Source of the DNA: Octopus vulgaris | Taxonomy: Eukaryota | Direction: 5' to 3' | Length of the DNA: 64,000 bases | Assembly (NCBI GenBank): GCA_951406725.2 | Contig: OX597826.1 | Coordinates: 56,296,001-56,360,000 of the forward strand | Shown: positions 54,025 through 64,000 of the stretch, piece after piece | Layout: every line of letters starts with the position of its first letter | How positions within the stretch are numbered: the first letter of the stretch is position 1 | Translations under genes and position numbers: made by a program | The notes under the pieces: model-generated | Told to the model about the DNA's origin: nothing | Database searches by the model: none | Seen by the model: only the letters and a program-made list of their open reading frames with translations

Positions 54025-54295
54025 TATTCTGTTGTGTCTGGGAAGAGTCATTTTCTTTTTGTGCCTTATAATTTAACACACTCACCGGTAAAATTTCCAC
54101 TTCTTTCTTTTTTTTTTCCTAAAATTTTCGTTGCGTCTTGCAACTTTTTCAATAGTCAAGACTATTGAAAAGATTGCAAGACGGAATGAAAATTTTAGGA
54201 TAATAAAAATAAGAAATAAGTGGAAATTTTACTGGTGAGTGTGTTAAATCATAAGGCACAAAAATAAAATGACTCTCATCCGACACAACAGAATA
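54025..54295. mobile_element. 270-bp palindrome; probable inverted Penelope-like pLTR pair with a hammerhead motif in each arm
   Basis: Arms mirror around AATAGTC-AA-GACTATT (54151-54166); each arm reads CTA-TTGAAAA-N-stem II-GAAAATTT^TAG outward from the centre. Confidence 0.85.
54119..54156 (-). ncRNA. Minimal hammerhead, U3-A8 core variant (mirror copy ~54162-54198, +)
   Basis: CTA-TTGAAAA-A-GTTGC-aagac-GCAAC-GAAA-ATTT^-TAG: 3-bp stem I, 5-bp stem II, palindromic AAATTT stem III. Confidence 0.72.
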
Positions 54296-54522
54296 CGCTT
54301 CAGCACACGAACTCATATCAAGAATCTTCCAAACCAAATCCAAAAAACGAAATAGAAGATTATTATTAGTTAATTTAAACAATAATTTTTATACCAATTA
54401 ATTTAAATAGATAAAAGAGTTGTATTGAAAATGTAATTGTTTATATATATATATATATTTGCAGTTATACGTAGGAGAAAACTTAGATATTTAATATATA
54501 TTTATATATACAAAGATTTTAT

Positions 54523-55015
54523 GTTGGAGGTACCTTATCAGATCCAATTTCAGTAGAAAATGGTGTAAAGCAAGGTGATATTCCTGCTCCTACACTGTTT
54601 GCTATATATTTCGCAACAGTCTTTCAAATAGATTTCAAAGATTGCCCTGAAGGAGTCTATATAAGCTATAGGACACCAGGGAAACTGTTCAATCTCAAAA
54701 GACTCTGTACCAAAATGAAAGTTCTGCATTCTCACCTTGTTGAATTTCTGTATGCAGATGATTGTGACCTGTTGGCACATTCTCAGAAAGATATGCAGCA
54801 TATGATGAGTGCGATTTCTGCAGCATATGCAGTATTGGGTCTAATAATCAATCTAAAAAAACTGTTATAATGTACCAGCTCGCTCCCTCCAAGATGTATG
54901 TGGAACCTTTTATAACAGTGAATGGTTAAAAGTTGTTGACTGTACCTAGATTTATTTATTTTGGAAGTACCTTGAGCACTGCTGGTCTTGACGATTAAAT
55001 TTCATACAGAATCGA
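54523..55015 (+). pseudogene. RTE-clade LINE reverse transcriptase fragment (not in the ORF track)
   Basis: VGGTLSDPISVENGVKQGDIPAPTLFAIYF..GKLFNLKRL..FLYADDCDLLAHS..GLIINLKK, then frameshifted TVIMYQ..FIYFGSTLS; YADD at ~54751-54762. Confidence 0.93.
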
Positions 55016-55174
55016 ATGCTGCTATCTTTAAAAACGGAAGGAAAACTGGATAGTGCTGTCCTAGATAACATTATGTCTGAATTTCTCAATGATCAAGGGA
55101 CGATCACACCTGGGGCGTCTTTGAAAAAGGGGTTTGGTTTACCCGAAGTGACTTAGAACTAAAAATAATTAAAT

Positions 55175-55385
55175 TTTTTTTTTTTACTACCCACAAGGGG
55201 CTAAACACAGAGAGGACAAACGGTATAAGTCGATTACATCGACCCCAGTGCGTAACTGGTACTTATTTAATCGACCCCGAAAGGATGAAAGGCAAAGTCG
55301 ACCTAGGCGGAATTTGAACTCAGAACGTAACGGCAGACGAAATACGGCTACGCATTTCGCCCGGCGTGCTAACGGTTCTGCCAGA
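55175..55385 (-). mobile_element. SINE family A (A2)
   Basis: Matches family A; AGAACTAAA..AATAAT on both sides. Confidence 0.9.
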
Positions 55386-55899
55386 ACTAAACAATAATGC
55401 CATCACCACCACAAACAACAACAATGTAACATTATGTTCAGTCTGTATAAAGTCATTCATCGGTTAAACCCGTACGTCAAGCTATCTTCAGCAAACTACC
55501 TAACGAAGCTATCCTCGAGAAACAACCTTTCACATATTCTTTAACGGCAGAGTCTACAAAATAAAGGAATCGACAGGAACAAACACAAAGCATTGGAAAC
55601 ACCATCTTAGAGGCGAGGGGTGAATGACCTCTTTTAACGAAGTCACTGGTGGCAAGCTGTATCGGTCTTTGCCTTGCCTTTGACTAACATCGGTGGCGTG
55701 GTGAGGGGAAGCTGGTATGCATGGGCAACTGCTGGTCTCCCATAAACATCCTTGCCCGATCTTGTGCCTCGGAGGGAAACTTTTTAGGTGCAATCTCATC
55801 GTCATTCATCACCGAAAGGGATGTTTACCCTTTTTTCTATAAATACGTAATTGCCACAGACACATGGGGGGGGGGGGAGGCCTGAACTACATTACACAG

Positions 55900-56690
55900 T
55901 AGTCAATAATATACAATTAAATAATCCCAGTGATACTATAAATGCTTGGTCTTACATTCTCCGAAGATCTTACATGGCATTCCCTCATATAACATAACCA
56001 AATTATCGTAAAGAGTTGGACTTTCTCTATCGGGCCAGAAAAAATCTTTCAAGTCTGATCCTTTTTTCTGGTATGCTACAATACTCTACTAAGAGAAGTA
56101 TACAAGCAGCACTCAGGTATTTTTTAAGTAGCTTTTATAATACTCGAGAAACACTCAAATATGGTAGCACTCAAACATTAAGTAGCACCTACATTACTCA
56201 AGTAGCTCTCAAATATTCAACTAGTAAGATATTTAAGTTACACTCAGAGAAAGTAGCACTCACGTAACAGCAACAGTACTCAACAGATAAAGGTATTCAA
56301 GTAATTCTCAGATACGAGGGTGGCTGAGAACTTCATTGTGAAATTTTACATGCATCCAACTCAAGATTAGCAGGTTCATTCAGTAATAGGCTAAAAACGC
56401 TGCTTCATAAAAGCATGTCTTTGTTTTTATTTTGCTTTGTTGTTTTTTTTCTCTCTGCTTCTTCAACATGTACAACAACATTCCTCTGAGCAAACAAACC
56501 TTATGTCACCACCGACTAATTTGCATGAAAATCCCAACCCACCCACTTCTCCTATAATTATGCCTATTGTGTCTCACTCTCCAAATTCTGCACTACGCTC
56601 CTTACACAAGCGCATTCCTCTCCAGACGAGAGCTATAAACCGCTTGAATTCCCTCCCGGACAACTAATTTTCCTGCGTATTCACATCATC
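55900..56690 (+). mobile_element. Highly decayed CR1/L2-group LINE 3' region, interrupted by an ~11-bp degenerate tandem repeat (AAGTAGCACTC, ~56080-56310) and a possible mariner terminus (~56314)
   Basis: LGLTFSEDLTWHS..FLYRARK and ..NRLNSLPDN resemble late ORF2 motifs. Confidence 0.55.
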
Positions 56691-57128
56691 TACATCCATC
56701 ACACCAGTTTGAGACAGACTGTTAAGGACACAGACAATTATTCTTCAGAATAATTAATAAAATGTATATGTTAATGACATGTACGTAATAGTTAACGGCA
56801 CTTACTGATTAGAAATATAAAAAGAGTTTCAAAACAACCCAGAAGTAAAATTCAATTATGAAATAGATTCACAAAATATATTTAAATTTCAAGATATTAA
56901 GGAATTTCTTTTTGTTTTTCTTTTCCTTTCTTCTTTTTTTATATCTTTCAGAAGTTGATAAAATATGCAATAGCAGATCCTTGTATCGATATAATCAACT
57001 GTTAATTCCCACGAAATTAACTTAGATAAGGATTTTTTAAAAAAATAGTCGAAAATCAATGAGAGAAGAGAGCGAGCGAACGAATAACTATGAGAGTGTC
57101 TCCGATAGATAGACAGAAAGATATGTAA

Positions 57129-57210
<82 letters not shown>

Positions 57211-57399
57211 GAAGAAATAAGTACATTGGTGAGTGAATAAACGAAAGAAAGTAAAACTCAACCCATTTGATGGGGTTTATAGATATATACTAGGAGCATC
57301 TGATAAGATGGACGAGTCCTTCGCACCCACGAAACTTTAAGCCATGTGAAGCTGAGCCAAACTGTAATTAAATACACACGCACGTACACAAACGCCATT

Positions 57400-57489
<90 letters not shown>

Positions 57490-57504
57490 ACCGTAACCCT
57501 TGGC

Positions 57505-57593
57505 TTCCTGCTGAAGATGGCAACACCAATCGTAAATGAAAATTATTTTATTTTATTTACAAAAGATTGCCGAAACTATGCATAGTCCAGGAA
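57505..57593 (+). ncRNA. Intact type I hammerhead ribozyme with extended stem II
   Basis: TTCCTG-CTGAAGA-T-GGCAA-(43 nt)-TTGCC-GAAA-CTAT-GC-ATAG-TC^-CAGGAA: 6-bp stem I, canonical core, 5-bp stem II base, 12-nt palindrome ACTATGCATAGT as stem III, GUC site; lies in a ~225-bp island (57489-57715) between (TA)n runs. Confidence 0.9.
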
Positions 57594-57751
57594 AGATAGG
57601 GTGAACGTTTTTATTTCTCTTTCCATTTCAGAACTACAACTATTAGTGGTTTAGAGTTTAACTGCTCTTTCTAGTGAGTCAGATGTCCTATTATGGCCAT
57701 CTCTTATATGTTTAAATATATATATATATATATATATAGATATAGATATTT

Positions 57752-57900
57752 GACGGGCTGCTTTCAGTTTCTGTCTACCAAATCTCCTCACAAAGCTTTG
57801 GTCCGCCCGAGGCAAAAGTGAAAGACACTTGCCCAAGTTGTCACGCAGTGGGACTGAACCCGGGATCATGTGGTTGCAGGTTCTTACCACAGCCAAGCCA
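57752..57900 (-). mobile_element. SINE family B 5' half
   Basis: Reverse complement of the B head and CORE-like box. Confidence 0.88.
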
Positions 57901-57917
57901 GCGCTTGTCTGTCTGTG

Positions 57918-57949
<32 letters not shown>

Positions 57950-58117
57950 TGTATGTATGTATGTATGTATGTATGTATCTATGTATGTATGTATGTATGT
58001 ACTGTATCCATATATGCATGTGTATATACATATATATGTAGATATGTACATATATGTATGTATATATGCATATACTTATATTTTAATTATATTATATATA
58101 CATATATATACATGCGC

Positions 58118-58204
<87 letters not shown>

Positions 58205-58595
58205 CAGACGGTGTACTATTAAGAACAAATAATAAGTAATAATTAAAAATTAATGAATGAAATTATCTGTGTGGATATATAGATGATTGATGTACTTGAT
58301 CAAAACTAAAAGCTCGCTGGAATTAAAATCCAATTTCTTGGGTCAAAGCTACACTGAATGCCACAAATGCATCTAGTTTTTATGCATTTTTCATCGTAAC
58401 ACTTCTTGGTAAATTATAAAGAAAAGATATCAGAGATAATTTAGAAACTGGTGTATCTGTTATCTGATGATTACTTGGTATAAACGGGTCATGAGTCTCT
58501 AAGTTTCGATGTATTATCATTAGCAGACCATATCATTTAATTTATCAACTTCACACACACACACACAAACTCACGCGCAAATCTATCTATCTATA

Positions 58596-58644
<49 letters not shown>

Positions 58645-58773
58645 TAAAAACACGAGCACAGAGTGTATATTAATTAGTTGAATAATGTATTAGACGGGCT
58701 TTTGGCGACGAGAGAGGGAGAGGGAGAGAGAAAAGAAACTGAATATTCTATGCATTAATCGTTCATTATATAC

Positions 58774-58817
<44 letters not shown>

Positions 58818-58836
58818 GTATATAATATATACACAC

Positions 58837-58903
<67 letters not shown>

Positions 58904-59518
58904 CACACATATATATAAATGTATACATACATACGTACATATATAAATATATATATATATATACATACACACATGCACACACATATATACGTACAGATTA
59001 CTATAAATATGTATATATGTATTCACATATTTCTGTTTCTATCTGTGTATATTCACATATCCATATTTATACATACGAGTATGAACGTTTGTGCGTGCGC
59101 ATGTGTCTATTTTAATAAAGACGGTGATTATATGACTTTCATTAGTTCGTATGTGATATACCAAGTCTAAAGCTGAGATGAATAATTTTTACATATTCGA
59201 TCTGAATGCTATAGAGAAGAATAAGTGATGTAAGATCCGGTCGATTATGGCTCAAACAGTAGAGTGTGTCCGCATATACTATATAGAATATATATATATA
59301 TATATACATACGTATATTCATGCAACTATACATATATACATATAGTGTTTTGTACAGTTCATATATATTCATATGCACATACTTATAACTTATCTAAATT
59401 CCAGTGAGGGATTTTCGTTTTGTTTCTTTCTTAGAAACCAAGTCTATGGGAAATGAAACAATTAAAAACGAGAGATAACACACACACACACGGATAGATA
59501 CATACATACCGTGTATAA

Positions 59519-59607
<89 letters not shown>

Positions 59608-59610
<3 letters not shown>

Positions 59611-61019
59611 GGTGCGGTGAATATGTTTTCGTCTAAATTGTGCAAAAATGTAAATAACACTGACATCTCATTTTAACAGATATATTTACCAAAATTACAT
59701 AAAAAATATCTTGAAGTACTTAAAGAGTAAATTTATTCAATAAAATTGCCTTTGGCTTCAACCAAGGTTTTCAGACGACTTCCGAATCTCCTGCAACTCT
59801 TCTGGATAGTCTCTTTGTTTTAAGTTGGTGAATGCTGCCATAATCCTTGCCTCAATAAAATCATCATTGACTTCAACAACAGCCTCCAAACGACTTCGTA
59901 ATCTCCTGCAGCTCTTCTGGACGGTCTTCCTGTTTAAGTTGGTGAATCCTGGCCTTCAGTTCACCTTTGGTGTTACAAGGAGTTTTGTTGGTCTCTCGCT
60001 CAACTGTGCCCCACACATAATAATCAAGGGGGTTACAGTCTGGGGAGTTAGGTGGCCAGATGTTAGGGCTGATGTGGTTGCAGAAACTATCAGATAGCCA
60101 TGACTGGGTTCTCCTGCTTGTGTGGCATGGTGCAGAGTCTTGTTGCCTGACATAGGATGTTCCAGCAGCCACCCTCTTGACCCAGGGCAGCACTACCTCC
60201 TCCAGGCTCTTGATGTAGGCTTCCATGTTTACTCTGAGGCCCTGAGAGAAGATGAATGGAGGTATAACGTTGCCATCACTAGTGATCACTCCAAGCATCA
60301 TGAAGTTGACTGGATGTTTGATTTTTTTCAATCTCGGTACATGTTCTGGGGACACGGCAAGCCAATGGGGTTGTTCTGTGTGTTTACCATCTCATCTTGG
60401 CAGAAATTTCTCGCGTCTAAGAAAAACCAAAGCATGTTTTGTTATAGGAGATGCTTGAGTTTGTTCAAAAGCTTCGTAGTGCGGGCTTTCCTTTTGTCCT
60501 TGATGGCTTGGGATAAAAATTGGCCCTTTCTTACCTCTGATGAGGATTACCGAATGTTTTTATACACTACCTGCCTGATAAGAAATTCAGACACTCTCAT
60601 GTCCATGGCGATGGACCTGGTTGACTTGGAGGGATCGTAGTCCATCATGGCTTGAATCTCACATATAAATTCAAGGGTTCTTTTCCTATCAGAATGATCA
60701 GAGTGAGTTTTCCGAGCTACTGTACCTTCGTAATCACTATGAAACCCATACAACTCTTTCTGAATCATCTGCACTCTCCTCAGATTGACACTCAAACACT
60801 CTGATATGTTCGTGCTGGAGCTTCCGGCGCGAATGCCAAGCAGTACAGCAAGTTGCTTCCAAATTTCTGGCAGGGTGACTAGCGTCATGGTGCTGTTTTT
60901 CTCACAGACGGTGCCTAACTGACCCTACTATACTGTATAGTCGGCAAAATCAAAGACAAACAATGCGCATACACGAAATTAAAAATATAAAATGGTGACA
61001 ATTTACCCATTGCACCCTC
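59608..61019 (-). mobile_element. Decayed Tc1/mariner-superfamily element, DD37D (maT) family
   Basis: Termini (C/G)AGGGTGC with TA flanks; frameshifted transposase 60888-~59870 with QQDSAPCH..WPPNSPDCNPLDYYVWG, 37 residues between the last two Asp. Confidence 0.93.
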
Positions 61020-61478
61020 TATGTGTGTGTATATATATATATGCGTGTGTGAGTGTGTGTGTACGTATGTATGTATGTTAGTATGTATGTGTGTGTGTAT
61101 GTATGTATGTATGTATGTATGTATGTATGTATGTATGTATGTATGTATGTATGTATGTATGTGTGTATGTATGTATGTATGAATATTTAATAATTGATAG
61201 CGAATGCAGAGTGTGCTGTAAGCATTATTTAGCACAACGGCCGTTTCAAATTACATCTGCAATGCTCTTTAGTGGGTGGGAAATGATATAATTGAATCGA
61301 ATGCAACCCACAGTGCAGAAGAAACTTCATCAGGTAACATGATACTCTACAGTGTTATAATATGTACATCTTTTCCACTCTGTGTGGTTCTCAAGGCACA
61401 CTACTAAGGACATACACAAAACAAGGTTTGGATACTACATTTTAAAGACTCTTGTCTAAACTTCAATTTCAAATATAG

Positions 61479-61515
<37 letters not shown>

Positions 61516-61611
61516 ATATGTAGAAGGTTGAAAAGAAACACACGAGTTGATATATATGGAAAAAAATAAGTCAAGATAGAAAATGCTAAAATAATTTTAT
61601 AAAACACATTT

Positions 61612-61647
61612 CAGTACCGGTTTCAGTCATTGAGATTTTTTCAACTG
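61612..61647 (-). ncRNA. Minimal hammerhead, U3-A8 core variant, in a probable Penelope-like fragment (~61511-61930) abutting (TA)n
   Basis: CAG-TTGAAAA-AATC-tcaat-GACT-GAAAC-CG-GTA^-CTG; palindromic ACCGGT; one stem II mismatch. Confidence 0.7.
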
Positions 61648-62109
61648 TAAATATGGAAAACAATTAAATTTTGCAATAATAAATCTCTGAACGAGATGTA
61701 AACAGTAACTGCACGACAATGTAAGGTATACTAGCCATCTCAATATGGCTAACCACTAAGGGTGGGTGTTACTGTAGTTTGTAGCCCCAGGAGATCATCG
61801 TCTCCAGCTGGCTTTAGGCACACTTTCTGTGCTCTTATGGTATTTGCAAAGGGAGGTCATCCCTCTCTCGTCAATCTAAGTGATATGCACGGACTGCAGT
61901 TTCTAGGTATTTGCCTGTCTTCTGCGTACGGAAATCATCGGTTTCGATGAAGGGAGTCCGTTTGCAAATCCTTAAGAAAAGTTTTCTGAAAAGAATATTT
62001 TGATAGTGTTCAAATACAAGTGGTTTTTTCCTTGTTTCTGCCTGTCTCTGTCTCTCATGTTTACTCTTATAAACAAGAGTTATCCCTGGCCTATAAAAAG
62101 AATAAAAAA

Positions 62110-62165
62110 TGTTTACAGCACCTAGATTTCCCAAACAGTCACCCATCTAAGTCCTAACTAGGCAT
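62110..62165 (-). pseudogene. 5S rRNA pseudogene (3' half)
   Basis: Minus strand GCCTAGTTAGGACTTAGATGGGTGACTGTTTGGGAAATCTAGGTGCTGTAAACA resembles the metazoan 5S 3' half (GCCTGGTTAGTACTTGGATGGGAGACCGCCTGGGAATACCGGGTGCTGTAG), followed by TTTTTT. Confidence 0.82.
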
Positions 62166-62478
62166 CTAAATGCAAACAAGTGCACTTCCGCTTGGTTGCT
62201 TGATATGGTATATATAACACCTAAACATTTATCAGCTCAGATCTTACAACTTTAGAAAAAAAGGGAAGGATAAATACATTTGATTGAGTAATCAAATATT
62301 ACAAATAATAAATTAGTTGAGAGGGTCATTACTGGAACAGCTTTGGTTACAGTTGTCTTCTTTCAATGCTTATTTAGATTTTTCTTCGACTGTGCTTTGA
62401 AAGTGTGTGTACCTGTGTGTATTCTAAATAGACCGAGGTCGCCCCCTATTATTTTTCATTCATATCTTGCAACTACCT

Positions 62479-62709
62479 ATTCCTTTACTACCCACAAGGA
62501 GCTAAACACAGAGAGAACAAACAAGGACAGACAAACGGATTAAGTCGATTACATTGACCCCAGTGCGTAACTGGTACTTAATTTATCGACCCCGAAAGGA
62601 TGAAAGGCAAAGTCGACCTCGGCGGAATTTGAACTCAGAACATAACGGCAGACGAAATACGGCTACGCATTTCGCCCGGCTTGCTAACGTTTCTGCCAGC
62701 TCGCCGCCT
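62479..62709 (-). mobile_element. SINE family A (A2), full length, ~19-bp TSD
   Basis: TTCATATCTT(G/A)CAACTACC on both sides. Confidence 0.94.
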
Positions 62710-63584
62710 TCATATCTTACAACTACCGACCTCAAAGGATGCACACTTATAGCCATTACTTAGCATTTAGTGTAAAGTTTACTCGTCCTTCATTTGAATC
62801 TTACTCACAATGTAAACACGATTTCTTTTGGCTGTTATTCGTTATCTTTTCTTCTTTTTTTTTTTGCAACAGAGAGAAGGCTTCCGGCAATGTATATTTT
62901 CTCTTGGTATAATAATTTCTAAAAAAACGAAAAGCATCATATTTCTTTTCCTCCAATTATTTTTGATATTTAATTTAATTTTGGCTTCAGTATTTAAATG
63001 AAGCTGAAATTTAATTAAATGATAAAAATAATTACAGCAAAAAGAATATATTTTTTAAGTATTTTACCAAAGGGGGAGAAATTAACATTACTGCAAGCCT
63101 TGTCTCCCTTGTGTAGAAAAAAAAATCCGAACAGGTTAGAAGATGACACAAATGTGTGTGTGTACGTAGGTGTGTGTGCGTGGGGTGTTTGTGCACGCAT
63201 GTATGTATGCGGGTGTATATATCACATAGACAAATAAAAAATAAAAACAAAAACAGAAAAAACAACGAAAGTTAAAAGGACCAAACAATGAATGTATTAG
63301 AGAAAGTTTAAGACGACAAAAAGAGGGTGTGGTGACGTTCCGAGCATGGACCTTCGTCAGAAAGATGAAAGAGGGAAAAAACGAGGAGAGAAGGAAAAGA
63401 AGCCGCGCGGTCGGAATGAACCTGAAAACTTAGTGTTTGCAAAGTGGTTTTCTTAACCATACAGCTATGCATGCACCTGTGTAGAACAAATGATTTCATT
63501 GTTTCTGGATACCGACCTTTTGAAATTTATGCTGTCATTATGTACAAACGTGCATTCATTATGCGCAACGATAAAAAACAAAAC

Positions 63585-63900
63585 TTGGTGTTAGATATCA
63601 CACTCCAGAGAAGTTTACAGAAAATATCAATATGGATAATAATACTCTGGGAAATATCAAATTCACGCAGACGAAGGGATTAATTTAAATTGTCCAGATA
63701 TGATTGTGAAAGCACATCGAGGAAGGAAATGTCTTGTAATTGATATATCAATCCCAACAGACAACGATATATCTCTGAAGGAAACGAAGAAACCATCTGA
63801 CTATAAAGACTGTGAATAGAAATATTCAGAATATGGGAATTGAAGACATTCCACATTGTAATAGGTGCCTGGGGGATGGAACGCAAAGAAACGTGGACAA
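63585..63900 (+). mobile_element. Decayed RLE endonuclease region of an R4/Dong-like LINE
   Basis: ..HTPEKFTEN..ILW..IHADEGINLNCPDMIVK..KCLVIDISIPTDNDISLKETKK..YKD..IVIGAWG across frameshifts. Confidence 0.85.
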
Positions 63901-64000
63901 ATTTATAATCGAAACACAGTAGAGACAGTGTATAAATAATTAGATAATTAACTAATTAGAGTAAAGACACTGTATGAATAATTAATTATTTTGAGCCCAA

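Noticed and set aside
59825-60640. Plus-strand ORFs of 90 and 172 aa
   Set aside because: Antisense shadows of the DD37D transposase.
63331-63364. Hammerhead-like motif on the minus strand (CTGACGA-A..GGAAC-GTC)
   Set aside because: GAAA is mutated, stem II is mismatched and stem I is absent; at best a dead copy.

Overview
Eukaryotic, AT-rich, repeat-saturated non-genic (intronic or intergenic) DNA. The SINE families and the very heavy load of compound microsatellites most resemble an Octopus (coleoid cephalopod) genome; this assignment is from recall, not a search. I found no credible host protein-coding exon, and nearly all listed ORFs are translations of microsatellites or SINEs. Supported content: a near-intact DD34D mariner (20449-21740, one frameshift); a decayed DD37D/maT element (59608-61019); four MITEs; four tRNA-derived SINE families; fragments of RTE, CR1-type, R4/Dong-type (RLE) and probably Tx1-type LINEs; a 5S rRNA pseudogene; and a ~555-bp element found only in (TAA)n tracts. 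Three signals stand out. (1) At least seven hammerhead-ribozyme motifs of the Penelope-like type, two apparently intact and several with the compensatory U3-A8 core, one pair at the centre of a 270-bp palindrome. (2) Three co-oriented 3' ends of RLE retrotransposons stacked in one (TACA)n array, suggesting microsatellite-specific targeting. (3) A SINE forming one-head/multi-body concatemers with the same junction at five loci, suggesting homing into its own family. Coordinates were read by eye; edges of decayed repeats are approximate.
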